64,000 nucleotides of DNA from the human T2T-CHM13v2.0 reference genome, Homo sapiens: NCBI RefSeq assembly GCF_009914755.1, contig NC_060943.1, one strand, 5' to 3'. The notes under the pieces are model-generated. The model was not told the origin of the DNA, searched no databases, and saw only the letters and a list, made by a program, of their open reading frames with translations. Shown piece by piece: positions 1 through 14,972 of this stretch (position 1 is its first letter; every line of letters begins with the position of its first letter). The position numbers were made by a program, and so were the translations under genes.

Positions 1-178
1 CCCGAGTAGCTGAGGTTACAGGCTTGCGCCACCACGCCCAGCTAATTTTTGTATTTTTAGTAGAGACAGGGTTTCACCATGTTGGCCAGGCTAGTCTTGA
101 ACTCCTGACCTCAGGTGATCCGTCCGCCTTGGCCTCCCAAAGTGCTGGGATTGCAGGTGTGAGCCAGGGCGCCTGGCC
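1..178 (-). mobile_element. Alu, truncated by the window edge
   Basis: Alu consensus in antisense orientation. Confidence 0.95.
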
Positions 179-283
179 TGGAGTGTCTGATTTAGGCCTG
201 GGGTGAGGCCCAAGACTTGGTGTTTCTACTGTGCCCCCAGGCCACGCTGCTGCTGCTGAGCTGAGGACAGTCTAAAATGCATC

Positions 284-481
284 CAGGGTTCCCCTTCTAC
301 CGCCCCGGCTCTGTGGACACTGGGGCCAGATCATTCTCTGGAGGGGGCCGTCCTGGGCCCTGCAGTGTGCTAAGCAGCAACCCTGGCCTCCACCCCCACC
401 ATTGCAACAACCACTCACGTCCCCAGATGCTGCCCAGCTAAGTGTGCCCCGGGGGAAGAGCCACCCAGGTGAGAAGCTCTG
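284..481 (-). mobile_element. MER20-like hAT element, GC-rich variant
   Basis: Reverse complement of ggccagggttgctgcttagcacactgcagggcccaggacggcc. Confidence 0.75.
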
Positions 482-896
482 CCTGAGACCTGAAGCGCCC
501 ACCTGCCTCCCACAGCCAGGCCCCTTCAGCACTAGACCCAGCAACCCTGGGGTGGCTGTTCTTTGAATTTTGTGACTTTTTGGTGTGTCATTTTTGGGAG
601 ATGACAGAGGTAGTGGCTGAACCTGAAACTTCGCCCCTGCAGATCTCGGTTCTTCCTGCTATTGCAGGGGTGGAGAAGGTGGGTGCTTGAGCCAGGGTCC
701 TGAGCCAGAGTCCCTGCCAGGGCTCCGCCAGGTTCAGACGCTCACGGGTGGGGTGACCTCGGGCCTGATAGCCAGGCCTCGGTTTCTCTGTCTCTAGCAT
801 GAGGGTGCCGGTGCCCAACCTTGGCTTGTGGGAAACAGGAATTCACAGTCCACGAAAGCTTAGAGGACTTTCAGGGAGTTGTTCTTTCATTTTTAT

Positions 897-1296
<400 letters not shown>

Positions 1297-1398
1297 TGAC
1301 CCATTCTCTCAACTGGAGCCGTTGTGAAAGGGAGGTGCCTTTGGTTACAGAATACAGAATTTATGGAGTTACAGTATGCTAGAAAAGCAACAGACAAA

Positions 1399-1695
<297 letters not shown>

Positions 1696-1999
1696 AAAGC
1701 AACAGACAATACGATCACTCTCTGCTGAGGACCGAGGCATCTCACCCCACCCTGGGGTGACCCTCTACACCGGGATGCAGCTGGGGACGGAGGCGGAGGG
1801 AAGGGAGACAGCAGAGGGTAGAGGCTGACTGTCCGAAACCTCCCATGACCCGTGACCCGTGACCCAAGAAGTGCGGCTCCGGCGTCGCGGGGATTCACTC
1901 ACAAGCAGCCCAGCTGATCCACAAACTCCGCGTCGGGGGTTTTCTCGAGGTTTGGGGTTGGAGGGTATCGGTGGCGCCAAGGTCAACACGAAGACAGAC

Positions 2000-3219
2000 A
2001 GAGGTCACAACGCCTATTTATTCCCCACACGTCACGCCCTGCACCCCGGGTGGGCTTGGCACACACCTCACCGCCATGAGCGGCTGCAGGGCCGCGGCGG
2101 CCCCCGTTCCTACTGCTACCTACGATACACGGTACTGCGCCTACCTCACAGACGGCCAGGAGCCAGGGAGCCCCAGGATGCTCCGACTGACAACCCTGCT
2201 GCTGGGACCACGGCGCCGTGGGCTCGTCTGCCACCCCCAGGCCTCAGGAACCCAGACAGGCTGCCTGCTGTCCGGCTCTCCGGCTGCTTTCCTGGTGGCT
2301 GTTTTAGGGCCAAGGTGGGTGGCACCTGAGGTGTCCCGTGGCCTCCACCCAGCACAGGAGGGGTAAGCTTCCCTGGGGGGCCCCGGGCCCATGAAACATC
2401 CAGGACAGAAGGACAGCAGGATGGGACACAGACAGAAACGGCCCAGCTGCCTTCCCTGTGCCCGGGGCTAAGGCGGCCGGGACAGAAGGTCATGATGTCG
2501 CCCCTGGCTCTCAGTCGCGAGGACCAGAAAATGAGGGTGGGAGGAGGGGAAACATGTCTGTCAACATGCCCAACTGGAGAAAAGTCACAGAAACTGGTCC
2601 TATGCACCCAGGACGGCTCCTGAGCCGCGGAGGCGTGGGGTGACCGCAGCCGTCTCTTAGGTGTCTGCCACTAAAGAGTTCCTCATGCAAACACACATGG
2701 CCCGCGGTGCCCAGGCCGCAGCTGGCAGTGAGCTCTTCCGAGCAGGCACAGGGCCGGGGTGGCCGGGAGGTCGACTCGGAAAGAGGCTTCTCACAGACGG
2801 GAGAGTTCCTGCAGACAGACCACGGGATGGGGGGCGGGGGCTGTAAAAGGCTTTGGAAGCCACACGATCCGCCACACGGCTGAACGTGAAACCTGCCACT
2901 TCTCTGAGAGCGGCCCGGGAGCACCCCAGGATTCTAGAAAACACTCAAGTGACCGAGCTTTCTGGGGGCTGGAAGGGAGGTCGCTGCTGGTCTGTGCTCA
3001 GCTTGCTGGCTCTCGTTTCAAGAAGGGTCTGGGGGCTGTAAGGGAGTTACAAAAAGGGAGTGGAGGAGGGCAGAGATAAAAGGGGAAAATCCATCTTGAC
3101 ATGCAGGTCCGAGGTCTCTCTCTTCCCCTCTCTCAGGCAGTCCAACAGGAGGAAGTGGCAGACAACCAGAAGGCTTCCTTCGGGTCGGCCAGGGAAGGAC
3201 GCGGTCACACCGGGAGCAG
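2000..3219 (-). other. SGTA: SGTA exon 12 (entirely 3'UTR)
   Basis: Acceptor CCCCTTCCAG|CTGCTCCCGG at 3220/3219; AATAAA near its end; agrees with my recollection of the mRNA. Confidence 0.85.
2017..2022 (-). terminator. SGTA: SGTA polyadenylation signal AATAAA
   Basis: tttatt on plus strand; followed on minus by GU/U-rich CTGTCTGTCTTCGTGTTG. Confidence 0.88.
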
Positions 3220-3609
3220 CTGGAAGGGGACAGACATGAAGGCTGTCAGAGCGCAGGTGGGGACCAAGGCTGCACCACACACTCCAGGCAGCAGGAGAGG
3301 CCCAGAGTGGACAGCCAGGGGCCACAGCGGCTATTTCAACGAACGTCAGAGCCACAGCTGCACCAGAAGCGTTCCACACACTCGGGGCCACGTGTGGCTG
3401 GTGGCGCAGAGAACATCGCCATGACCTAGAAGGGTCTACAGTATGGTGGTACTTTGTGTATGAGGTTACGGTGGTAAAAAATCCACCTCAACTATTAAAA
3501 AAAGAAAAGGAAAAATAAATAAAAGCTTATTTAAAAAAAAAAGGGAAGACTGGAAGAAAAGGCGGCCAAAATATTAATGTTGGTGGCTCTGGGTGAGAAG
3601 ATTAAGGTT

Positions 3610-3755
3610 GGGCTGAATGCACGGCTCACACTTTGGGAGGCCGAGGCGGGAGGATCGCTTGAGCCCAGGAGGTTGAGGCTGCAGTGAGACGTGACTGCAC
3701 CACTGCCCTCCAGCCGGGGGGACAGAGCAGGACGGTCTCAAAAAAAAAAAAAAAA
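3610..3755 (+). mobile_element. Alu monomer / deleted AluJ
   Basis: gggaggccgaggcgggaggatcgcttgagcccaggagg...poly-A. Confidence 0.85.
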
Positions 3756-3913
3756 GATTAAGATTGTTCTTGCTGCTTTTTAACATTTTTGTATTTTAAA
3801 TTTGTCTACAGTAATTATGGTTTAAAAATGAAAGAGAGTGTATATGAGGAGGGGACAACGACAAAATGAAGAGGCCACATGGGAGCAGAATGGAAACACC
3901 TCTGGGGAGGCCC

Positions 3914-4031
3914 GGAGCCTCCCGCCCCCAGGGAGCCGGCGTCTGCTGGAGACAGACAGGACTGAACTCAGGGGAGCCTCCCACCCCTGGGAAGCCGGTG
4001 TCTGCTGGAGACGGACAGGACTGAACTCAGG
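3914..4031. repeat. Tandem duplication, 59 bp x2, in the SGTA 3'UTR intron
   Basis: ggagcctccc...gtctgctggagacRgacaggactgaactcaggg twice. Confidence 0.9.
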
Positions 4032-4531
4032 GGCCCCTGGGGAAGGAAACCAAGCCAGCCACGGGCCCCTGGAACCCATGGGGGACACTGAGTGTATTTT
4101 TAAACAACTGTAAGTGCAACACCTGCTCACAGTGAGAAAAGGACAAAAAATCCCTCACAAAATGCAGGCAGAACGCTCGGGCGCAGTCAAAGGCAGGTAC
4201 CCGGCTTGTCCTTTCCACCACTCGATGACCTCGCCCCCACCCCCGAGGTGGCAGCCCCGACACTGCAGAAACAAAGAGCTTCTGCAGGCGGCCTTAGGCA
4301 GGGGGGACCCCAGACACCAGCCCTTCCAGGGAGCTGTGGCTCTCCCCTAATCTCCACCCAGCGCCGATCCACAGATGGGAAAGGAGTGGGGAGCAGGACT
4401 TGGTGGCCACCTGGAAAGGGGCCCAATGCCCAGAGATGCCCCCACCTGCCTGGGCGGTTCAGGGTGATCTTCTGAGCTGGATGCACCCAGGACTCGCTGT
4501 CCAGTGTCCAGACAGGCTCCACAGCCCCCGG

Positions 4532-4641
4532 GCGTCACTCCTGCTGGCTGCCCTCACTGCCAGGCACTCACGTGGTGTCACTCCTGCTGGCCACCCCCCA
4601 GCCCCCGGCCCCATGCACTCACGCAGCGTCACTCCTGCTGG
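4532..4641. repeat. Degenerate triplication of the SGTA exon 11 3' end (stop codon and donor)
   Basis: gtcactcctgctgg at 4534, 4577, 4628; gcactcacg at 4564 and 4615. Confidence 0.9.
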
Positions 4642-4743
4642 TCGTCGTTGCTGGCGCTGGGCGTCCGACTCCGGATCTGGCTCCTGAGCTGCTCTATCAA
4701 CTCTGGGTTCTGCTGCTGCATCTGCTGGGCAAACTGCTGGCCC
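4629..4743 (-). CDS. SGTA: SGTA exon 11 coding part (Q-rich C-terminus; stop TGA 4631-4629; exon ends at 4623)
   Basis: [37 protein letters not shown]; donor TGC|GTGAGT 6 nt after the stop. Confidence 0.97.
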
Positions 4744-4978
4744 CTGCGGGGAAGGGCACATGGGGCTCAGCCAGGGCCAGGAGGCTGCCTGCTGCCTCCG
4801 TCCATCCCCAGCTGACCCCTCGGGCCCTCCACCCCAAAGACAGGCCTGACCCCTCGCTGGAGGACGCTGGGCCCTTCGGAGCAGGGGACGCAGCACTTTC
4901 GCTCTCCTCCTTCCCTTCCGCCTGCGAGCCCTGCCCGCCGCCCACGTCCTCCGTCCTCTTGGAAGCAGTTCCACTCAC

Positions 4979-5068
4979 GCCTGGATGAGGCTGGCCAGGT
5001 CGTTCTGCGAGGGGCTGGTGCCGGGAGTTCCCAAGGGGTTGTTGCCACCCGAAATCATGCCGGACATG
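4979..5068 (-). CDS. SGTA: SGTA exon 10
   Basis: [30 protein letters not shown]; CTGCAG| and GC|GTGAGT; 90 nt. Confidence 0.97.
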
Positions 5069-5283
5069 CTGCAGGAGAGAGCGCGTGACTCGCAGCCGGG
5101 ACAGCCTGACCGCCACCCCCACTGCAGGCCCTCGCAGTGGCCCGGGAGAGAATCCCTCTCAGCCCTTCACCTTCCCCTGCAGGAGAGGATTCTCTCTCAC
5201 CACCTGGTGGGCCTCCAGGGCCCAAACCCACCCTGTGACTTTCACCTGCTTTCCCAGAACACCCCTCTTTCTTTGGCCTAAAG

Positions 5284-5513
5284 AGCGTAGTTCTCAGCCA
5301 GGGGGTGATCCTGCCCCCAGAGGACCCCTGCAATGGCAGCGGACATTTGCAACAGCCATGATTGGGTTACGCCAAGACAGGGGCAGGGGGTGCTCCTGGC
5401 ATGGAGTGGATGGAGGCTAGAGACAGTGCTCAGCACCCTGCAGTGCCCAGGACGGCCCTGCTCCAGAAACTGGTCCAGCTCAAATGGCCACGGTGCTGTG
5501 GCTGGGAAACCAT
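5284..5513 (+). mobile_element. MER20-like element
   Basis: gttctcagccagggggtgatcctgcccccagaggac...cagcaccctgcagtgcccaggac...gggaaaccatg. Confidence 0.8.
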
Positions 5514-5519
5514 GCTTTA

Positions 5520-6500
<981 letters not shown>

Positions 6501-6542
6501 TTTAACCACAACAAGACCCGAAGAAACCCGGTTGTCACTTAC

Positions 6543-6580
6543 AGCTGCTGAATCTGGGGATTGTTCATTAGGTTCGAAGC
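6543..6580 (-). CDS. SGTA: SGTA exon 9 (38-nt small exon)
   Basis: ASNLMNNPQIQQL read by hand; TTCAG| and CT|GTAAGT; needed to close the frame. Confidence 0.96.
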
Positions 6581-6964
6581 CTGAAGAACAGAACAAATTT
6601 GTCAGGAAGACAAAGCTCCCAGCGCATCATTCTCTTTCATCAGACACTTTCCATCTTAACCAGCCTTGGTTCTGGACTCCAGCACGCCAACCAACAGTAA
6701 GAGCCGGGCATTCGGTCTTTCATACCCTTTTCCCTACATTTTCGCCCCCCCACCCACGAGCTGTGACCTCCACATTGTGACTTAAATCCTGTTTTGGGTT
6801 CCTGCTTCAGGAGCGATCTCGCAGCGCCACAGCGCTCTCTCACTGGCTGCTGCGGTTTTGCTGTGTGGAGGCGTTTTGGTTCTTTATTTTAGCTGCTGTC
6901 TGCTTTAGCATATTTCATTTAGCATATTTGGTTCCAGTTTTGCTCTATCAATAAATAGCACTGT

Positions 6965-7304
<340 letters not shown>

Positions 7305-7359
7305 TTAACTTTCCACTTGGGATTATTCCTTTGGACCTGTTGAAAGGAGGTGGCTCAGA

Positions 7360-7880
<521 letters not shown>

Positions 7881-8745
7881 AGATGTCTGAAGGGAAAAGG
7901 CGTCTGTGACATGGCCAAGCTGAGAGGCCCCTTGAAAGACTGGGGCCCAGTCACCCTCCATCCCATGGTGAGGGAGAACATATTCCCCTGGCAGCTTGGC
8001 CAGTGGACGAGGGCTACAGTAAGAGGTGTGGCCTCTGCTGAATGGCACGACCCGGGCAGGGCTCCTGGCCCAGCTGGCTCATTTTTCTGACTGACAGTGA
8101 GACTGAGGGCTTTTCTCCCCGACAGCCTTAGGCGAGTCCCTGTACCCTGAGGCTGTGGGAGCCTGAAGAGTGGTCCCAGGGCACACAGACCTCCCAGGAA
8201 ATGAACATGTGTGTGTGGGGGATGGCTCTCCGAGGATCCCAGTCAAGGAACTCCCTGCCAAAGGCCGTCCCTTTGGAAGCATGAGTGCCCGGGCATCGGG
8301 AGGTCCACCTGCGCCCGGCGCACCCGGCGCTCTGCTTCCCTTGCCTGAACCTTAGGAGGCAGACGCTGCTGTGTTGTGATCAGTGTCTCTGCACTGCGAG
8401 GAGGAGCCCACGCCAGGGTGGGGTGGGGGTGTGACCTCCCTGGGCTCAGCCAGGAGAGCCAGCTTTTGGTGCTCACTACTGATGGGTCTTGCTTGGGACA
8501 TCAACATTGGGGACACTTTTGATTGTCGAAGCAGAGGGTGGGGGTGCTCCTGACATGGGGCGGGTGAGGCCAGGGGTGCTGCCAGCGCCCTGCGGTGCCC
8601 AGGACGACCCCACAGACAAGACCCATCTGGTTCCAGAAGCCAGCAGTGCCAAGGCAAGGAAGCCCTGGCCAGTAGCGGACACAGCAGATGCGGGCCTGGG
8701 GGGTGGCGCAGACACCATGGACAGGGAGGAGGGGCGGGCCGTTAC

Positions 8746-8808
8746 CATGCTCATGAAGCCAGGGTTGTTCAGCAGGCCGGCGATGTCGAAGCTGCCCACG
8801 CCTCCCGT
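8746..8808 (-). CDS. SGTA: SGTA exon 8
   Basis: TGGVGSFDIAGLLNNPGFMSM; CTCAG| and ATG|GTAACG; 63 nt. Confidence 0.97.
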
Positions 8809-8963
8809 CTGAGGATGAGAACAGCCCTGGTTAGTGGGGCCTGGACCAGAGGCCACGGTGAATAACCCCCTGGAACTCAGAAACAACGGCCCCCCACGGG
8901 GCTCAGACATTCTATCAACCCTGCGGCCAGAGGGTGCTTTGAGGCAGGCAGCACGAAGCACAT

Positions 8964-9230
8964 CGCAACCGCCCGGGGACGGCACAGTCTGTCATCCCGT
9001 GTTTATTCCCCGCACAGCGCGACCGCCCGGGGACGGCACAGTCTATCATCCCGTGTTTATTCCCCGCACAGCGCGACCGCCCGGGGACGGCACAGTCTAT
9101 CATCCCGTGTTTATTCCCCGCACAGCGCGACCGCCCGGGGACGGCACAGTCTATCATCCCGTGTTTATTCCCCGTACAGCGCGACCGCCCGGGGACGGCA
9201 CAGTCTATCATCCCGTGTTGATTTCCTGTA
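8964..9230. repeat. 54-bp minisatellite, ~5 copies, SGTA intron 7
   Basis: cgaccgcccggggacggcacagtctatcatcccgtgtttattccccgcacagcg. Confidence 0.97.
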
Positions 9231-9791
9231 TTCTGCCGCTTTGACACCTTGGGGCCTTGCTGGCCTGGCAGAGCCGCCCCCTCCTGGAGTAGCCAATTCC
9301 CAGAGAAAGCAAATGACTCACCCAGAAACGCACCTTTGAAATACAAACAAACTAACCCAGAACCCACACCCTCAGCACCTCCCCCATCACCCCAGGGCCA
9401 CAGTCCACCTGCCCCACTCACCCCCAGGCCAGGGACCAGGCAACCAGGGGCAGCCCCCAGGCCTGGGTCTAATGAAATGGCTCCAACCAGCCAACCCGAA
9501 GCCTCCTCACCCGGCCTCGCCACAAAACCCACATCGAGGGTCCTTTCTGTGCCCCTCCCTCAGCCTCCGCGGGCAGCCCTGCGGCCGGCCTCCTGCTTCC
9601 AGGGGTCTGGGGGCATGAACCTTCTCACGACACTCACTTCCACGCCTGTGCATCTCACCACCAACTGAAACAAACCCCGGACCCTCACGACACCCAGGTT
9701 AAGCCTAGAGCCACTGGTGCGCCCGAGGACCTGTCCCCCACCCACACAGTCAGCTCGGCGTTCTGGAGCCACTCGCCCCCGCTGCACTCAC

Positions 9792-9930
9792 GGGGCTGGG
9801 GGCCTCCCGCAGCTTCAGCTCCGCTATCTTGAGGTTGGACTTGTATGTCTCGTTGTCGGGGTCCAGCTCCAGAGCCTTCTTGTAGTAAGCCACGGCCTCC
9901 ACGTGCTTGTTGAGGCTGGAGAGCGCCAGG
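9792..9930 (-). CDS. SGTA: SGTA exon 7 (TPR3 and capping helix)
   Basis: [46 protein letters not shown]; CCAG| and CCC|GTGAGT; 139 nt. Confidence 0.98.
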
Positions 9931-10938
9931 CTGGAGGAGAGCACCGGGGATGGACTGTTCCCATCTGCCCAGCTCCAGGAGGCCCCGCCAAAGCCCTCGT
10001 CCCCGGCGGTCCTGGCAACCCCCAAACCACCTCGGATGGTGCCACCCCCTGCCCGCTGTCAGCTCAGTGGAGACAAACCTGGCTTTCGAGGGGCCCAGGG
10101 GCAGGACTGAGGGAGACAGACATGAGAACACCCCTGCCACACAAGAACTGGAGTCCCCATGGGGCCACACACAGGGCCTCAAAGCCCAGAGCGGGCTGAG
10201 AGGAGGGAGCGGGCCAGCTCAGGGTCACAGGAAATGCGTGGATGTTGTCTTGGCCCCGCTTCCCGGCACAGGGCACCAAGGACCCTCGGAACCTCTGAGC
10301 GACAGACATGTCTCCCGTCATCCACAAGCAGCCCCTGACCCCCACCTGAGTGAGTCTTCACTCGTGAGGTGACTCAGGGCCCCTACAGAGCCCAGGAGGA
10401 GGCGGGTCCTGGGGAGACTGGGCAGTTGAACAGGGCCCCTCCCCAGCCTCTGGGGAGACCCAATCCCACAAACTCTGAGCAAGGGCATTCAGAGAAGCAG
10501 GCGAATGCACGCTTATGCTGGGAGGGCGGCACCGGCTGCACGGGGCGCAGGCTCCTGCCCCGGGGACCCTCCTGGCCTCACTCTCGGACCTGTCCTGTGT
10601 CCTTCATCATAAACCAGGTGCTTCCCTGAGCTCTGTGAGCCGCCCCAGCAAACAATGGAGCCTGAGTAGGAGCCATGGGAACCCCAGGTGACAGCCAGTC
10701 AGGGAGAAGCAAGGGGCCCAGGGATCTCCGGGTGGCACCTGATGCGGGGCGTCTGTGGGGCTGAGCCTGTGACCTGTAGGGACTACGTTGGCTCCGAACA
10801 GCTAGTGTCAGAGTTGAACTGAACCGGGGTGGGAGAATTCGTTGTGGGTGGGAAAAAAGCCACACAAGAGAGGAAGCAGGAGCAGGAGAGGAGGGGTCCC
10901 GAGAGACTGGAAAGGCGCGGCCGTGGACAGGCACTCAC

Positions 10939-11043
10939 CCCATCCTGCCGTAGGCCTTGCTGTAGGCCGGGTCAATGCAGATGGCCCGCTCACAGTCCTG
11001 CACCGCGCCTGCGTAGTTGCCGAGTTTGCTGTAGGCTGCGGCT
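10939..11043 (-). CDS. SGTA: SGTA exon 6 (TPR2/3)
   Basis: [35 protein letters not shown] read by hand; CCCCAG| and GG|GTGAGT; 105 nt. Confidence 0.97.
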
Positions 11044-11666
11044 CTGGGGAAGAAAAGGCAGGGCAGGTCCCTCACTGGCGGCTCTGAGCCCAGCGGGCAG
11101 CCCTTGAGGGGAGCCTGAGAGCTGCGTTCCTCTCCAACTTCCTGGAGGAACGGCCTCAGTTTTCCCCATCTGTAAAATGGGGCTGATGGGGAAAGCTGAG
11201 AGGTGTGGCCACTGAGATGCTCTTAGACAAATGTGGGCTCAAAGCACCAGCAGCCACTCAGGACTGCGACTCTGAATTTTATTTGCAAAAAATGTTCCGA
11301 TCCATGGCTGTACAAGAGCAATGAGGGTAGGGAACTTATACCCAAGTTTCATTCACAAATTATTTACATATCAGTAAAAAAAGAACTCAGACCAATGTCA
11401 AAGCTCAAAGCTCTTGGCTTACAGCGTCTGAATCGTCTTCACCATTTTCGTGTTTAGTGTTTCTCTTTACAATTTTTTCAAAGTACAGAGAAGAGTGAGT
11501 GGAGACTAAACTACCCCATGACAGGCGGCCAGGAACCCTGCACTGCCTCTGCAACTGTCCTGTAAGCCTGAAGCAGATCCAAGACCACACATTCAAAAAA
11601 CACAACCCTCCACATACTGGATTATTTTCTTGGCTTGACATCCACGTGGAATGCCATGATACCTGA

Positions 11667-12268
<602 letters not shown>

Positions 12269-12471
12269 GTGCTACCTGATTTTAAATCAGCATCGACTCT
12301 CCCCGACCCCGTTGCTGGTCACCTGATGCTCGCTCCTGGTCTGAGACCACCGGTGAATGGATCCCTCATCTACAGCGCAGAGGCCTCTCCCATCTCAGGT
12401 CCCTGCTAAGCATCCCGGAGGACGCCCCCGCACCCGGCCGCCCCTGCCCTGGGCAGGCCCTGAGCTGGTAC

Positions 12472-12571
12472 CTGTTGCAGAAATAGACGGCGTTGGCTGG
12501 GTTGAGCTCGATGGCTTTTCCGTAGAAATGCACGGCAGCTTCAAAGTTTTCCACTTTCATCTGCTCGTTTC
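12472..12571 (-). CDS. SGTA: SGTA exon 5 (TPR1/2)
   Basis: [34 protein letters not shown]; GTAG| and AG|GTACCA; 100 nt. Confidence 0.98.
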
Positions 12572-12574
12572 CTA

Positions 12575-12680
12575 CAGGGAGAGAGGAAAACACCGGCCCG
12601 GTGTCCACACAGACCGGAGGGGGTGTCAGGGAGAGAGGAAAACACCGGCCTGGTGTCCACACAGACCCGAGGGGGCGTCA
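12575..12680. repeat. 52-bp tandem duplication of the SGTA exon 5 polypyrimidine tract region
   Basis: cagggagagaggaaaacaccggccYggtgtccacacagaccSgagggggYgt x2. Confidence 0.92.
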
Positions 12681-13213
12681 CACTTGGCTCTTCTGGGCAG
12701 CCAGGACTCAACACAGATGCCGGCTCAGGAGGCATCTGCATCTATAGGGGGTTCGCTAGTCGCAAACAATCATATCTACATCCACTAAGGGGGATGGAGG
12801 TGGGGGCGGCAGGGCCTGGCCTGGCCTGTGCCTGGCGACGGTGGCTGTCACTGCCTGGATGGCGACCCCGGGAGCAGAACAGTTAATACAGCTCACCGGC
12901 CCGGGGACGGAAACTGTCCCTTTCGCTATTGCTTTTGGAAAGAGCCCAAGTGGAGGCCTGTATTTTGGAATACTCATGTGATACCTTCTCATTTCATAGG
13001 CAATGGGGCTTCTATCTGAGGCATGGGTCCCAGCTGGTAGGACGGTAAAAACCCCAGCTGCTATCCTAGAACTGAGAGCCCTGAAGACAGAAACCCACTC
13101 CCGCCCCCGAGATCCCAATTCAGGAGGGCGTGGGGGGAAGATGGGTATCAGCGTGTGTTTCCCTAAACAGTTTTATTGAGATATAATTTACATGCCACAA
13201 AGCTTACGCTTTA

Positions 13214-13525
<312 letters not shown>

Positions 13526-13724
13526 TCACATGCTGTGCGTCCTTTTGTGTCTGGCCTCTCTCCCTGAGTGTGATGTCTTCACGGTGCATCTGCGCTGGGG
13601 CCTGGGTCAGAGCCTCACCCATCCACATTCCACCGTGTAGATGGGCCATGCTGTGCTGACCATTTAGCGTGGACAGGCATTTAAGCTGTTTTTGCTTCTT
13701 TTTATTGTTTTATTTTTTATTTTT

Positions 13725-14021
<297 letters not shown>

Positions 14022-14421
14022 TCTTCTTGCTTTTTGACTCTTGTGAATACAGCTGCTGTGAACATGTGTCTGGGTTTTGGTGGACATGTGTCTCTCTTGG
14101 GCACATATCTAGTATCAGGGTGGAACCGGCGGGTCTCATGGAAGCTGTGCAACTTTTGGGGGCCACCAGCCAGTCTTCCACAGGGGCCGCTCCCGACAAC
14201 CCCACCAGCCGTGCTGTGCCTGAAGGTCAAGTTTCTCTGCACCTCGCCAGTCCCCTCGCCAGTCCCCCTTCCGTCCCCGTCCCCACAAGCCAGCGTGCTG
14301 GTCATCAGGGCAATTCCCTCAGCTCCCTGGGCCCCAGGGACCAGCTGGCCTCTGCGAGGGTCCCACAGCCCCGGAGTCCAGGTAGGGCGAGGTGTCTGTG
14401 GGGATGGAGGTCCTCCCTTAC

Positions 14422-14506
14422 CTTCGGTTTTGAGGCGCTCTGCCTCTGCTGAGTCCTCCTCGGAAGGCGGGGTTCGCGCGGGGCTCCTCAGGTCCTGCGG
14501 CATCTC
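14422..14506 (-). CDS. SGTA: SGTA exon 4
   Basis: [28 protein letters not shown]; CCAG| and G|GTAAGG; 85 nt. Confidence 0.98.
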
Positions 14507-14865
14507 CTGGACCCGGAGGCAAAGGCGGCCCGCTGTCCTCTCCTCCCAACCTGGCACCCTCCGGCCTTAGCTTCCCTCGGGACGCCAGAGAGGGCCACCA
14601 AGTTCCGAAGGACCCGGGGGCTCTGCAGGGGACTCCTGGCCCCCCATCATGTGGCCCTGGGCGAGTGACCACAGCGCTATGTGTCTCAGGACCCGCCGAT
14701 AGGGGGAGGAGGGCCAAGTGCTCCTGCAGCCACGTCCCCAGCCCAGGAGAGGATGCAGGCAGAGTGCTGGGGGACGATGAGAGCGGGGCTCCTGGGGTCC
14801 CCAGGGCTGCCTGCTGTTGCTGTTCTTATTTTGGGGGCAGTGGCTGGGGAAGCATCGAGGCTCAC

Positions 14866-14972
14866 CTTGCCCGTGGCAGCCGCTTCAAATATCTCCGGCA
14901 GAGTCTGAGGGAGCGCAAGGTCACTGTCTTCTACCGTCACCCCAAACGCAGTCTCCAGGCACTGGATGGCGA
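14866..14972 (-). CDS. SGTA: SGTA exon 3
   Basis: [36 protein letters not shown]; TTCAG| and AAG|GTGAG; 107 nt. Confidence 0.98.

Noticed and set aside
1859-2366. 130-156-aa plus-strand ORFs antisense to the SGTA 3' end
   Set aside because: Near-cognate starts in GC-rich sequence; no splice or poly(A) support visible.
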